DNA of 62,787 nucleotides, counting the filler, from Choristocarpus tenellus KU-1152 (lineage: Eukaryota; Protista; Phaeophyceae): assembly GCA_964200185.2 (NCBI GenBank). It is 10 parts of 10 records of this genome, joined end to end, with 100 filler letters (N's around TTAATTAATTAA, not from the genome) between each part and the next. Parts side by side here need not be neighbours in the genome. Positions count along the whole stretch, not along the records: positions 7,703 to 15,433 come from CAXNAD020005671.1; positions 15,534 to 18,693 come from CAXNAD020021872.1; positions 18,794 to 22,587 come from CAXNAD020017884.1; positions 22,688 to 36,347 come from CAXNAD020001417.1; 6 more parts are not named here. One strand, 5' to 3'. The notes under the pieces are model-generated. The model made no database searches, was not told where the DNA came from, and saw only the letters and a list, made by a program, of their open reading frames with translations. Shown here in pieces: positions 14,401 to 27,729 of the stretch. The position numbers were made by a program, and so were the translations under genes. The stretch's first letter is position 1. Each line of letters opens with the position of its first letter.

Positions 14401-14907
14401 CTAGGACTTGAAACCTAGTATCAGTAAGCCCCTCACCTGCAGAGGGGTTGCTCTGCAAGATGACTCCCCTGCCATTCCATCTATCTTGCAGGTGGAAGTC
14501 TCACTTTCCTACCTCGTGATGTACAGGGGAGGCAACCTTGCAAACTTTTTCACCTAGGACTAGCAAAGACCAGGGTAGCTGTGGGTGGCACGTTTCTGAT
14601 TGCCACCAGGTTCTCATAATTCTGGATGAATATGTCAGCTAGAGCAGGTCACTATAACAGTAATGGCATTTCACTTTGAGTGAGTAGGCAGTGCCTGAAT
14701 GTGGTAGGAACGACATTACAGAGGGGTATTCAACAATGATGGAAGGCATATGGGTATGCACAGTGGCTGACATTACACTAATAGGCTCAAAAGCCTGCCA
14801 TGACCACCGGCTGTACTTTCCGTTTCTCTCAGGCAGCTCTTGTTGAGGTGGAGGCAAGGAAGCACTCTGAGCTTGCGGATGCACGTGTAGAAAAGGAGAA
14901 ACTCAGG
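8496..14907 (+). CDS. Coiled-coil protein of unknown function, internal exons
   Basis: Phase-compatible exons 8496-8607, 9962-10095, 10911-11022, 12608-12682, 12979-13167, 14833-14907 encode A/E/K/R-rich heptads (e.g. AEAKLEESRVEAAELQSEVARLR). Confidence 0.75.
9361..9619 (+). mobile_element. MITE family A (intronic)
   Basis: Full-length copy with TIRs GAGTGAAAGTATCTTAGAG / CTCTAAGACACTTTGACTC. Confidence 0.85.
11412..11670 (+). mobile_element. MITE family A, TSD TAGG
   Basis: Full-length copy flanked by tagg on both sides. Confidence 0.85.
11824..12085 (+). mobile_element. MITE family A
   Basis: Full-length copy with a decayed left TIR. Confidence 0.8.
13364..13620 (+). mobile_element. MITE family A, TSD ACAA
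   Basis: acaa-GAGTGAAAG...CTTTGGCTC-acaa. Confidence 0.9.
13805..13985 (+). mobile_element. MITE family B (~180 bp), TSD TCCA
   Basis: tcca-GGCTCAAAGTATCTGGGG...CCCCAGATACTTTGAGCC-tcca. Confidence 0.9.
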
Positions 14908-15217
14908 GTGAGAGATGTGCTCTCACACAAATCGAGATAAAATTTGCGTTTTGAACCATATTGATTACAAACGCAGTGCTCCTTTTTCTGGGATCATATT
15001 GTACCTGTATATATTTGGTCGTGGGATGAGGTTCTTGTTGACCTCCATTGCAATCGTAGGCGCATGAGCTTTCCCTGACCTCCGATCTCAACTCTGATTA
15101 TAGGTTGTATTCCTTAGTACGAAGTGGTGTGTACATACATTTTCAGAAGTAGGCTCACTGGCTACAACAGTGATTGAATACCACAGAGTAGTAAGGGAGA
15201 GAGGGGTTTGTTCGGCA

Positions 15218-15433
15218 GAGTGAAAGTATCTTAGAGGGTACGAGTTTTGCCCTGTTTGTCCATTTGGGGCTTGGCTTCCCATGGGTTATTTTATGACATC
15301 TTCCCAATTAAAAAGTTTAGGAGTAGTTAAAATGTATACGTTATGAAACGTGTGTCCAGAGTAAGGATATTGACACTTCCTAACCAACACGATAGGCAAA
15401 ATAACATCAAAATAGTAACATTGACTTTTGGCC
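15218..15433 (+). mobile_element. MITE family A, truncated by gap
   Basis: Consensus left TIR and body. Confidence 0.85.
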
Positions 15434-15717
15434 NNNNNNNNNNNNNNNNNNNNNNNNNNNNNNNNNNNNNNNNNNNNTTAATTAATTAANNNNNNNNNNN
15501 NNNNNNNNNNNNNNNNNNNNNNNNNNNNNNNNNGAAAAGAAGGGGTTTTGTGGGGGTTTGGGGGGGGGGGGGGGGGGAGGTTTTTTTTTTTTTTTTGTAT
15601 TACTAGTACTCTCTTTGTTTGCATGTATCTGTGATGCTAATTCGGTGCTATATCGATCAACCGTTTGTCCATACGTGGTCGGTTTGTGTCTTCCCGTTGT
15701 TGTCCGCAAACGCCTCC

Positions 15718-15758
<41 letters not shown>

Positions 15759-15771
15759 TGTTTGTGTTTAG

Positions 15772-16801
15772 GGTGAGTTTCCAGGCTTGATTCCGCTTGT
15801 CCATGCTTATCTCGAGTACATCGCAGCAGACCCCGCGACAATCAAACGTGTTGAGGGGTACCTGGAGCACCTTCGTCGCCGGGCTGCCGGCGAAGTCATG
15901 ACCACAGCTGCGTGGATACGAAAGTTTGTGGTGAGTCACCCATCTTATGGAGGTGACTCGAGGATCACAGAGGAGATAGCCTACGATTTGATGGTGGTTT
16001 GCCAGGAGATCGGACTTGGGAGGCGGGAGTGTCCTGAGCTCTTGGGGGGGCAGAAGATCAGGGAGGTGACGACAGATGAGGCGTGGGACGTTGTGCTGGA
16101 CTCGTCCAAGATGAACGTGCAATACAGGAACAGACTGATTCGCAAGTGAGCGCGGTTAGGGGTTAGGGGTTAGGGGTTAGGGTTAGGGTTGAGTGAACAG
16201 AAGAAGAGATGGAGAGTGGGGGCTTGAGGTGGGATGGGCTTGGTTTTTTCTTTTTTTGGGGGATGTGTGTGTTGAGAGGGAAGTATATATAGATTGGGTT
16301 GTTTTTTATAATGGTTTTTTGGAGGGTAGGCAGGAGTGTGATGATATTGTGGGGTTTAGGGTTTGCACTTTTGTTACGGTGGCGTTGTGTTGCCTCTGAC
16401 TGGACATTAGTGCGTGTCTGCAAATGTTTTGTAATATATATGTGTGTGTGTATGTATCAGTTCATGTGGAGATATCAAGCATTTGTTGTTCGTGAGTGGA
16501 CAGACCCATCTCTCTTTGTTGAGTGTTAAGGAAATACTATGCTACTGTTGGTAGCTCTGATATTGAGAGTATTTTTTAATACTGAGCTTGATGTTTCCCC
16601 TGTAACACTCCTCTCCTCACCGGGAATTGATGAACTAGATTTGTAAAGAAGGCGGCTGATAAGAAAAAGGAGAGGGAAAAGAAGAAGTTGGAAGCGTCAA
16701 TGACAACAGCGACAAACTCGTCGTCTTCATCTTTGTCTTCCAAGGCATGGGGGCCGGCGGAAGGAGAGGGGAGCTCGATGGAAACTTCTTTTTTTTCATA
16801 G
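15772..16801 (+). CDS. GCLC: Glutamate-cysteine ligase catalytic subunit, last two exons (15772-16145, 16639-16801)
   Basis: GEFPGLIPLVHAYL..YLEHLRRRAAGEVMTTAAWIRKFVVSHPSYGGDSRITEEIAYDL..CPELLG matches the C-terminus of animal/fungal-type GCL. Canonical splice sites, in-frame TAG at 16799-16801. Confidence 0.9.
16155..16190 (+). repeat. Interstitial telomeric (TTAGGG)n tract in an intron
   Basis: ttagggg/ttaggg units. Similar tracts at ~37815, 38160, 40226, 40283, 40630, 41008. Confidence 0.85.
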
Positions 16802-17084
16802 GTTTAGAAGAAAAAGATAGTGTAGAATGTGCACGCCTTATATTTCTTTTGCATGAGATGTGGTGATTGGTGATTGGTGTGATGGAGAGGAAGTGCACTG
16901 CTGCAGACTTGATTGAATTACTCTCTTGTCTGACAATTGCAGCTTGAGGTGTGCTTTAAACCAGGGCCTTGGGAGAAGGCAATCTGTACAGGGGGTAGAC
17001 TACAGTCATGTCATTTGGGTTGAGATGTTTTTCTCGGGGGCGAGGGGGAGGGGCAGAGGGGAGATTGCTGAAAGTGTGTGTGTA

Positions 17085-17130
<46 letters not shown>

Positions 17131-18793
17131 TTTGTTTGCCTTTTCTTATTACTAGGTTATTTGGTTAGACTTATCTTGCCCTCTCAAGAAACACAAGTCT
17201 GAGTGACTCTTGGAGTGTGGTGGGGGGGGAGAGGAGTTCTGTTTTGTTGAGAATAGCCCTGGGTCGTTTGCTGGGTTTTGTTTGTCTGCTCGTCATTGTT
17301 GATTCAGCACTGCCGGCTGAATTGCATGCAATATGTGGTAGATGGTTATACCTACCATCACGGGAGGATGCGATTTTCGTATGGATGGATGGATGTATTC
17401 ATAGCTTGATGCAGTCGCTGCTTATTTCTCATTTACGTGCCTTTTATTGGGCAGTCAAAGCATCCTACCGGATAGTACACTAGGCTCTAGTATCTGTTAT
17501 TGAAAATAGAAAGATTCATCAATACATGGAGGATTATTATTGTCATTTTCACCGTTCGGAACAAGTGATGAGATTCTACCGCTATTTTTAAGACCAAGTA
17601 CAGTTACCTGGGTTAAGTCTACTGTTTTTCATGAATGTCTTGTTCTCCAGGAAGAATCAGTGGGTGGGGGGTGGTACCTGTTGGGTTCCTTGTGAAAAAT
17701 GAGACTATGAAATAAAGGTTTCAATCTGCACGATTCGTCTGCCAAGACTATGGGGAGAAGAAAATCTACAAAGATATCTACAAGAGTCATCTCTTCCAGG
17801 AAGGTAGAGGGGCAGCTTGTGTTCTGCATACGTATAATAATATGTTCCATTCTCTTGTTCATAGTTTTACTATCGTAGCAAATCGGCAATTATTTATATA
17901 TTTAAAAATTCAGAAAATTACCCATTAGATTTTTAATATCGTTATGGGTGTGTATGTGTATGTATGATGGTCAAGCAATGCACACATGCATGGGGGTCCA
18001 TGTCCGACGGTTGTACTCTCCACACCAAGACAGGCGCTTGCAATTTTTGTAGAAGAAATCTACTGACATGCTAGCTGGATGCGTCCACTTCTTCAATTCT
18101 TCGCGTTAAACCTATTGCTAGATACTGTAGCAGTAGGTCTCGTCATGTTCACCATGCAATCCACATTGCCATTCGGATGTTAATGTTGCCCTTGATACGG
18201 AAGTGCGAGATTATTAATGTAAGCTGAGTTTGCTGGGCGGGGGAGATCCAATTCGTTGTGGTTGATTAGGGAATACGTGTGTGTACGATTGTGAAAAAAA
18301 TATGTCCGAGTGGTGGATGGAAGGAGTTGAATAGATTAAACCAAAGATTTGGAGTTCAGGAACAGTTAGTAAAAGAAATGACTGGCCTAGGTTACAGAGT
18401 AGTGAGTTGAGAAAGGAATCAGTGTGGGAGTTTGTTTGAGGTAGGGTTAGAGGGCCTGGATGAGGTGACTTTGAGCGATCTGTCCCACCCTCTCACCCTA
18501 CAGATTGTTCGCCATTGAGTGGGATGATGAGGCAGGGGAGAGGTCAAGCTCAGGTGGGGTAGTAGATAACTTCTAGTTCAAAGGTATGGTGAGGGAGTGG
18601 ATGGTGATGGAGTGTTTGGAGAATTGTACAGTGTATTGAACAGCAGATTTCAAAAATTGAGGATGGAGCTTTTCATTGAGGATGGGCTTGACCNNNNNNN
18701 NNNNNNNNNNNNNNNNNNNNNNNNNNNNNNNNNNNNNTTAATTAATTAANNNNNNNNNNNNNNNNNNNNNNNNNNNNNNNNNNNNNNNNNNNN

Positions 18794-21700
18794 CAAGGGT
18801 GAAGTAACTTCCGATTCGGACCATCAGTACTCTCATGTGGCCTATGGACTAGAACTTGATCACCAGGTAAGAAAACGAGGAACACGAGACGTTGGTTGAC
18901 ACGCTCCTGATTTTTTTACGTGTTCATGGAGATTACGACGTGCCAACTCAAAAGCAAGCTGCAAATAATCTTTGGTTTGCTTGAGTAGACTCTTCAGTAG
19001 TAACATCTGAATCAGGATTAGACGACCAAGGTAATATCAACAGGTAAACGAGCTTGTCTTCCGAACAGAAGGAAAAACGGAGTTTCATGCAACTTTGCAC
19101 TGAATGCTGCGTTGTGGGCTAACTGTGCGAATGGCAATAGCGATGCCCAGTTATCCTCAGCAACAGAGACATAAATTCCTAGCATAGAATACAACGTAGC
19201 ATGTACTTTCTCTAACACAGAACTGCTTTGGGGTTGATTCGGTGTGGTTTTGGTTTTCTTGTAACCAAAAACAGATTATAACCCTACAACAACACTGTTT
19301 TCAATTTCGGTACCTTAATCGGAGTGTAACAAATTCAGGTGGACCAAAAATTGAAAATACACGTTCTACCGGCGTACAAGTATATATTTATTTGGAACAG
19401 GGCTCAGTACAACAAAACTAGTGAGGTGATCAATGGCAGACAATGCGCACGAGCACATGACACCATTTGCTGCTGGGGTGGGTGTTTTATACTCTACCAA
19501 ATCAATAGCAACACGTTGAAATGGTCCGTCACCAGGCATATGGCCCATGGGAAGTGTAGCTCTGTTACAGGCAGTCTTACACGTTTGGCATGCTTGACAA
19601 TCACGACACCACGTACGAACGTCGTTGTTGAATGTTGACCACCAATACGAGTCTCTAACCTTATCGAACGTGGATTTGAAACCTAAGTGGCCTCCAGACA
19701 ATGCATGGTCATGGCAACCGTGGAGTACACGACGGACTAACGACCGAGGAACGACCAACTGGTCTCTAAACGTGCTTCTCTTAAGAAGATGACCTGGTAA
19801 ATACGAACGATACAGTAAGTCATTACGAAGGAACAAATACGACATTGGCGTTGTTGATTCCTTATCAGGTGGTGGGGCGACGTTGGGGGACTGCAAATAC
19901 CTGAAATATGGTCCGAACTCGGATTCCTGCTCCTTGTGCAATTGCTCAGGGTCCACTGCAGGAAACACAGTAATGGAACTAGCAAATAGTGTACGATCAC
20001 TTTGGACAGGCGTTGCTTGGTCAAGGTTAGAATCAGATAACTCATATTCCTTTTGAACACGTGTGGTAAATGCACGACTACCTTCAGGCACATTACAACA
20101 GGCTGGTGCCAGCATTGGAGCAATGGATTTCTCCTGTTCCTCAAACTTAAAAATACCAGATAGAGTGTCAGGTATAACATTGAGCTTACCGTGCTTGTGT
20201 CAATAAAAACATAAGCTCGAAGAGCTTTTGCCCAACGAGTAAGCATGTTACTGGTATCCTGGATTCTATACAAGTAACACAATGCAGCATGATCTGTGAT
20301 GCAGGTAAAGTGTCTACCCCAAAGATACGGTCGCCAATGTGTGATAGCTGTAACCACTGCATAACATTATCTTAATGTAGCTGAATAGTCACCTTGGGTT
20401 TTATTAATTTTCTTGTTCAAGTATGCAATGATACCTACGTCTTTAGGATTATCGGATCGGAACTGTGCTAAAAACCCTCCAGCGCCGCTCTCACTGCCAT
20501 CAACGTGGACGACGAATTCTTTGGTAAAGTCACGGAATACGAGAACCGGAGCTGCGGTGTGTAATTGTTTTACTTTAAAAAATGCCACGACCTGGTCCAA
20601 TCCCCATTCTTTATCAACTTTCATACTGACACCTTTTTTAGTGAGACGAACTAACGGTTCGATTACTGTGACTAAGTTGGGTATAAATTTACGCACAAAA
20701 TTAACCATACCTAGGAAAGATCGAAGTTCTTTGATGGTGGTGGGTATGGGCAACACAGTGACTGAACGAACCCGATTTTCACCGATACGAATCCCTTCAG
20801 ACGATAAAATGTGACCCAGATAGCATACTTATTTAGGTCCAAATTGGATCTTTGACCGTTTCAAGGTTATATCTGCTGCTTGCAAAGCTTTGAATTGCTA
20901 CTCTACTAAGTATAGATGTCCCTCCCATGTGGGAGAACGAGCAATCAAATCGTCCATGTAAACTAGTAAACCACTAAGTGGTCTTATAACTTCAAAGGCT
21001 AGGGACACGATTCTTTGAAATTGCCAGGGAGCATTTGATATCTCAAAAGGTATCCTCTTAAAGACATATTTGCCTCTGGACGTGACAACAGTTTGATCAA
21101 TGTCATATTCAGCAACAGGAATTTGCCAGTATGCACTATATCACAAACGGTGAAGAATTTTGCACCCCCAACGGTATCAATATGAGACTCCATATCAGGT
21201 ATAGGCCAAGTCTGTCGAACCAGGAGTTTGTTAACAGTTGACCTATAGTCTACACAGAATCGTGGGGGGGAGGCATCAGATTTGGCCACAATGGTAACAG
21301 GACTACCCCAAGGGCTGGCAGTTTTTTCAATGATGCCTTGCTGTTCCATAGTATTAACACACAAGTCAATTACTTGTTGAGTATGGGGGTTTGCTCTGTA
21401 TGGGTTACTATTAACAGGCTTGGTACCGGACTCTATAGGAATTTCTGCCTCAGCTAGAGTATATCTGCCTAGTTCTGCTGCATTCAACGAAAATACCGAT
21501 CTATAACGAGCACAGAGGTCTAAGCGTTGAGACACTTGTGACTGATTGAATGTGATATCTTTGAACGCATTTGTCTTACTGAAGGCTTGATGTAACTCTT
21601 CTCTAGCTTTACTGAACGGTGCAGAATCGGTATTTAGAGCACTAACAGTGGTTGGTATTTGATCAGAAATTGGGGTTATTTGGCTTATCACAAGAGAGCC

Positions 21701-22530
21701 AAAGTATCTTCGAGGGTAGAGCCGTGTCCATTTAGGGGTCGAAATCCAATGTTGTGATTTTGATCTAATTTTACCTATCGTGTTTGTTAGGAAGTGTCAA
21801 TATCCTTCTTCCAGACACACCTTTTCATAACGTACACATTTTATATACTTCTAAATATTTTGGAGTAAGAAAATGTCATTAAAAAACCCATGGGAAGCCA
21901 AGCACCTAAGGGACAAACAGGGCAAAACTCGTACCCTCTAAGATACTTTCACTCAAGATGCTTCTTGATACAGACCCTTTGTGCTGTTGGATTTGCCATT
22001 TGAATCAATAATGATATATTACTTGCTGACCAAGTACTTGAGAGTGTGAGCAACTATGATACGATTCTATGGGTGTGTAGGCTCTGCAGTTTTATCTCCA
22101 GCAGGCATAGAATGCATGACTGGCTCCACTACAACAACAGTATCAAGAGACGGGCTAGTATCAGTTGTGCAACGTAGGATGATTTCATGACCAGGTGGTA
22201 TGTTGTACTGTTTATGTACGAGAATGGGTACAGGTTCAAAACCATGTTGCACACTTCACCACAGAGCACGAAGGAGTGGTACTTGTATCACGTACTTGCT
22301 GTGTGTGGCTCCTTGTCATGTGATGTCTTGCTGGAATAGTACACGAACTGATGTGGAACAAGAGACATTGTTCTTGCCAATCAAGGATTGCACCGAAGGC
22401 CTGCATAACACTACTATCAAGCAGAATTTTATCGGGACCAAGTTGGGGAATCACTAAAGCTTCAACTGGCAATGTGGTGTCACCAAGAGTAAGCACAAAA
22501 CGAATAAATCCACGAATATGCAATGACGAA
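18794..22530 (-). mobile_element. Decayed Ty3/Gypsy LTR retrotransposon pol (PR-RT-RNaseH-IN)
   Basis: SPWGSPVTIVAK..RFCVDYR, LVYMDD, ELRSFLGMVNFVRKFIP, VHVDGSESGAGGFL, HWRPYLWGRHF..TDHAAL, integrase HHCC (HDH..GGHLG..CRDCQAC), PFQRVAIDL. Multiple frameshifts and stops. Confidence 0.95.
21696..21954 (-). mobile_element. MITE family A nested in the Gypsy element, TSD AAGA
   Basis: aaga-GAGCCAAAG...CTTTCACTC-aaga. Confidence 0.9.
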
Positions 22531-22587
22531 GGCTCAAAGTATCTGGGGGGGGGGGTGGCAGCTGTCCATTTGGGGTCAATTTTTTCA
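22531..22587 (-). mobile_element. MITE family B, truncated by gap
   Basis: GGCTCAAAGTATCTGGGGG..GTCCATTTGGGG. Confidence 0.8.
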
Positions 22588-22687
22588 NNNNNNNNNNNNN
22601 NNNNNNNNNNNNNNNNNNNNNNNNNNNNNNNTTAATTAATTAANNNNNNNNNNNNNNNNNNNNNNNNNNNNNNNNNNNNNNNNNNNN

Positions 22688-22763
22688 GTGAAAGAGTCTC
22701 AGTCCGGTGATTGTGATTGCCCCCTTGAGCAAAAAAGAACTTGGCACCTTTGACACTTTCACA
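22688..22763 (+). mobile_element. 3' end of a Gypsy LTR (3' or solo LTR)
   Basis: 22707-22763 is identical to the reverse complement of 58301-58357 and ends in CA. Confidence 0.85.
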
Positions 22764-23899
22764 GTATCACTAATCTAATGAAAGGTGTACATATGATTTG
22801 GTGGTACAAATAAGTTAAATTGAATCCCTCCCTAATTTTTTTTAAATTGTGATCCCTAATCATTTTGTGGTTGTGAGGACTAATTGTACAAAAAGTAGAA
22901 ATCTCTGATTTGTCGTCATCTCGCCATATAATGTTTACTATTATGCCGTCGGACATTTTGGGGATGTGGCAGAGGAAAAAAAAATGAAAACCATTCAAAT
23001 GTCAGAATCAATAAAAAAGGAACTGTTGTCGTAAATGTGAAAGATATTTTCTATCGTCTATTCACTATTTTGCCGCCACGCATGCTACACCACTGACTTC
23101 CTGTCCCTCCAACCAAGTTAGTCCTGCACCCAGGGTGAAGAACTGGGGAAGCAAGTCACCATGAAAGACGTATCTCCTAAATCTTTGATCTGCTCGAGAA
23201 TGTCTCCCTACCTCCACAACTCAGATTAATCTTAGAAACAACATTTTTCTTATATATGAGGGAAATATTTGATTTGTCCAATGTATGAAAATGTTAGAGG
23301 GTATAGTAGTATGTATATATGTGTTAAAATGTTAGAACGATTCCTTACGTCATCATATATCTTCATTCAGACATATATTTGTAATGGGGACAGATTGGTA
23401 CAAAGACGTAAATGTAAATTAGATTAAGTTAATATGATTTTGTAGTGAGTTGGAAACCCATCCAGACCTGATGTATTTTGATTTCTTGTCTTGATCTCTC
23501 TGAGTGCAAGTACAAACTCTTCTCCGGTGGAAACGATCAAAAGGATAAAAAATACGTAGTGTATTTGGTATTAAATGCAGTCAATGCTTCACCAGATAGA
23601 TGATGTAGAGTATCTACATGAATGGGTGATGAAGGTTCAACTGCTGTAGACAGGCAGTTCCATTGGGGTTTCATTCGTTGTGGGAAATCCCTTAAGTCAA
23701 GAGGCCATAGAGCCAGCCAAGGATGTTTGGGGGTGAGTTCTACACTGTGTGTGATGCAGCAGATTTCCGCCCCCCACGATAACTTTTTGTTCTGAATGAT
23801 GCGAATGCTTGCACGTGAAAGAAATCTTAAGGGGGATCACGACACCTGAATTCTTGCGGAATATGGACGAGATGTGTTGAATGACAGTGAGTAGTGAGC

Positions 23900-24840
23900 G
23901 CCCATTGTTTATGTTTGCGCCAATGGACAGACTTGAACTTGACATTTTTTTTAGTGTACCCAAGGAGAAAGGGTCCTGTACATACTTTGGTGATGGAGGG
24001 GAAATGGCCTCTTTTAGCCTCGATTATTTCCTTGCATTTTAGGCTGATGGCTGGAGGGAACGTCAGGGTGAAATCGGTTTTGACAACGGAATAGGATCAC
24101 CGTATCGTATCAGTATCGTTCTGCCTCGTTTATCGTTCTGCTCCTAATCGTAAGATGTGTCCAGGTGGGAAGGTAAGAACATTCATCAACCGAAAAGCCT
24201 TGATGTATACACCACGCTTGAGGCCTGAACTAGTGAACATGACTGCTGGGAGAATCCTTACAGAAGCGAAGGCAGTGTCACCTAAAGATACAGTTGATGT
24301 ACCTGCCAATGTCGGCAATTTGACATCTTCATAGACAGCACATTTGCTGGACCCTGCTAAGAAGTGGAAGGACTTCTAAGTCAGCATCCACTATGTGCGC
24401 TGGCTAAAAAGATACCAAATTGTCGACATAGCAGGTACATGAGCTGTATCTTTGGGTGACACTGCCTTCTAAGCCAGCATCCAGCAAATGTGCTGTCTAC
24501 GAAGATGCCAAATTATTGACATTGCTAGGTACATCAGCTGTATCTTCGGGTGACACAGCCTTTGCTGCTATGAAGACTTTTTCAGCAGTCATGCTCAATA
24601 GTTCAAGCATCAAGCGTGGTGTATACATCAGACCACGTTGGTTGATGAGCATTCTTCCCTTCCCACCTAGCCACACCTTAAGATTGGGAGCAGAACGATC
24701 ACGAGGCAGATCGATACTGATACGATACGGCGATCCGATTCCGTTGTCAAAACCAACTTCTTCATGACGTTCTGAACGAGCTGGCCATCAGCCTGACGCG
24801 TAAGGATATAATCAAGACTAAAATAACGCATAACGTTCCA
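23900..24840. mobile_element. Two RTE-like LINE endonuclease fragments in inverted orientation
   Basis: The + copy (..KSVLTTE*DHRIVSV..) and the - copy (~24380-24840) are both homologous to 34660-35050. Confidence 0.75.
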
Positions 24841-27729
24841 GCACAGGTGATACTCCTGAGCATCCTATGCGCTGGGTGGGGATGTTTGGATGACCTGTAA
24901 GGTGAAGTACGGATTTTTTTTATTGCAGTAAACTATTCTGATTTATGGAATATCTCTGTACAGAAGTGTATTTTGAATCCCTTTTTTTTAGCAGTCTATG
25001 CAATCTATGTCCCCACCTTTCCTGCATCCAGCATTATTATCCATCAGAAAAGACTCCTTACAAAGTATTCCAACCATCACTTCAAACCTCATTGACAAAC
25101 GCACCACCAGCATTCCCAAACCTGATCTACATGAAACATCAGAGGAATAGATCGCATATATGTTAACAATACAATAGACAGGGCCTATTCCTGATCATTT
25201 CCATCAGCAGAGAGTCTGATCTAGACCTATGTACATCAATAGGACTACCAGTTAGTCAAACTGACGATCTATAACAATAATAGTGTATGTACCACAAAAA
25301 ATACTGGTCATCTACAGGTAACTGCAAGAGCAGAGAGGAACCTGATCTTCATTTACACAAGTATCAGAAAGTTAACATTGTGTGGTATTAATAGTAGTAT
25401 GAGAGAGTCCAATCAACCACATCAGCAATCATACCACCCAGCAGAGCGTAGTTGGGTCACTTCTTCACAGGTCTCAATAGACAGCATTCTTTACTCTAGA
25501 GATGGAGGAACCAAACGATCAAACTACAGTAAATCTATGTTGTGGTGAGCAAGACTGCGACCTCCCCTTCATAGTACTGAGGAGATAGTGTTGGACTTGT
25601 AATTAGTGTAGCAAAGAGTACCTAACGACGCCATGACCTCATTCATAGCACACACTCACTCACTTGGATGCCGGTGTGTCTGCTGCCACGAGGTTCTGCA
25701 GTGCTAACATCTTCACTAAGGATGTGGATATGACCAGACTTTTTCAGAGCCTTCTGCCTTCTATTCAAGGAGCTTCTCCAAAATTCCCCTGTCTGTATAT
25801 GAGGGCTCCGGGAAAAACAATATCCAACAGGGATAGAACTGTTGATGATTTCTAGGCCAATACAACAAGGTGAAACCAAAATACCTTAGAGAGGGGTGGG
25901 TTTTGACTATTTGATTGTATGGGTGCTTATAAATTTCTGCGCCTGACACCCTATTTCCATGATCCACAATAGTGGTAACCCCCGCAAGGAGTCTGTGAAT
26001 GTAGAAAGTACTTCCAGGCCAAGGAGATTGGCTCTTACCAAATGCATGATCCCACATATAATACCAAATCCAGAAGGCAGCAACAGAAGCCCCCACTAAT
26101 CAATGGCACCCCTCGGATATTTTGGCCCTGAATTGGGCACACCATATAGTAGTCATAGATCTAGAAATAAAATTTGAGTGTACGGGACTGGAGGTGGGTG
26201 GGGGAAGGTACCTTGCTGACCTAAATCTCTCTCGCATATATTTTTTCAAGTATTTCTAACATGCAATCTGTAACAGGACAAGACACAACATCACAAAAAA
26301 CACTTAATGGTTCATGCCCTAATACCTTGTCATGCCTGCCACTTCAGCGACCTCATAGCATGGGTGCGTCCTCCACTACAGGGAACATTGTCAGTCACCA
26401 AAGGAGAACAAAAAAAAAGAGAAATACGACCTTCTTGGCACAATCACCTCCCTGCGTGGCTCTGAAGAGGAGGTTTGGGTTTGTGATTATTCTACCTCAT
26501 CAAAGTTCGATGTCCTTAAATTTGGCATAGACGAGACCCAAGAATAATGACTTCATCTTGTGCTAAGAAAATGATAAAGGAAAAGCATACTTTCACGTGA
26601 TGGACTGGTTCCACTGAAAAACATGTTCATTATTATGCTTGCCCCTTTCCATAAAACCACAGCCAATAACATATAAAATCGAATAAATTCTTGGGGGAGA
26701 GATTGGGAAGCACCAAATAGCCTGTACCATAGGCATTCTTCATCTATCTCAAAACCTGCATGACTGGACTAGATGAACCAAAACAAGTGGTGCTACAGTC
26801 CAAGCTCATACCTTCAGTACCTACAATCTGAAGTACTTCACCAAGGTATCATTAGCACTCACTGCATCCTTCAAACAAACAATATACATGCCTCAGCAGG
26901 CGATTGAGGTGGAACATTCTGGACCGAATAAACAGTAATGACACATACCGTCAATACCTAGGCTACTCCTGTCAACACCTATTCCCTCTCAGGATTAGCT
27001 TCAATGGGGGGTCACTAACTCAACTCAATGCAAAAAAAAGACACTAACTACTGTAGACATCTGCTGCCGGAAACATTTGTCATTCAGGTAAACAAGACCG
27101 TTACTGTAAGCAAGAAGAAAATAATGAGAAATATACACAAATGTTTTCTATTGGGTGACATTACATACTACTACCGAAAAACACTGGTTATCAAAAAGAA
27201 GCCTGGCAGTTGCGATACTGCTTGTGGTAGCTGGTATTACAAGGCAGCAATAGGCCGCAACTTTGTGTGCACCAGTGCTACTTCATCCACTTAAAGCGTT
27301 GTCCAAATCTGAACCTATCTCTATGACACTACTGGCTTGTGTGATCATTGCACTTCTGTTCTAGCAATGTTCATACTATAATACAAATCAAATAATTTCA
27401 GAACAAAAACAAGACAAAAACACAAAAAAAGGATTTACATGGGTATAAGGTGTAGCAAAACTTGAGTATCTGCCGTAGTGCAAATAATCTGAACCAACAA
27501 AAAAAAAGTGTAAGCAACAAGTGATCCACTCATGGCAATCACCACTCATGAACCAAATTGAAAAGGTGGTGATATTAGCCTACAAAGTACCGTGTACTTT
27601 CATTTTACAGTCTAGCGTAGTTCTCTCTTCACCATTCCATCATCAGCACATGCTACAGCTGCAAATCTGCCATCCAAGAGGCATCAAGTCATTCCTAAAC
27701 AGCGTGTCAGGATCCTCAAAATACTACAC

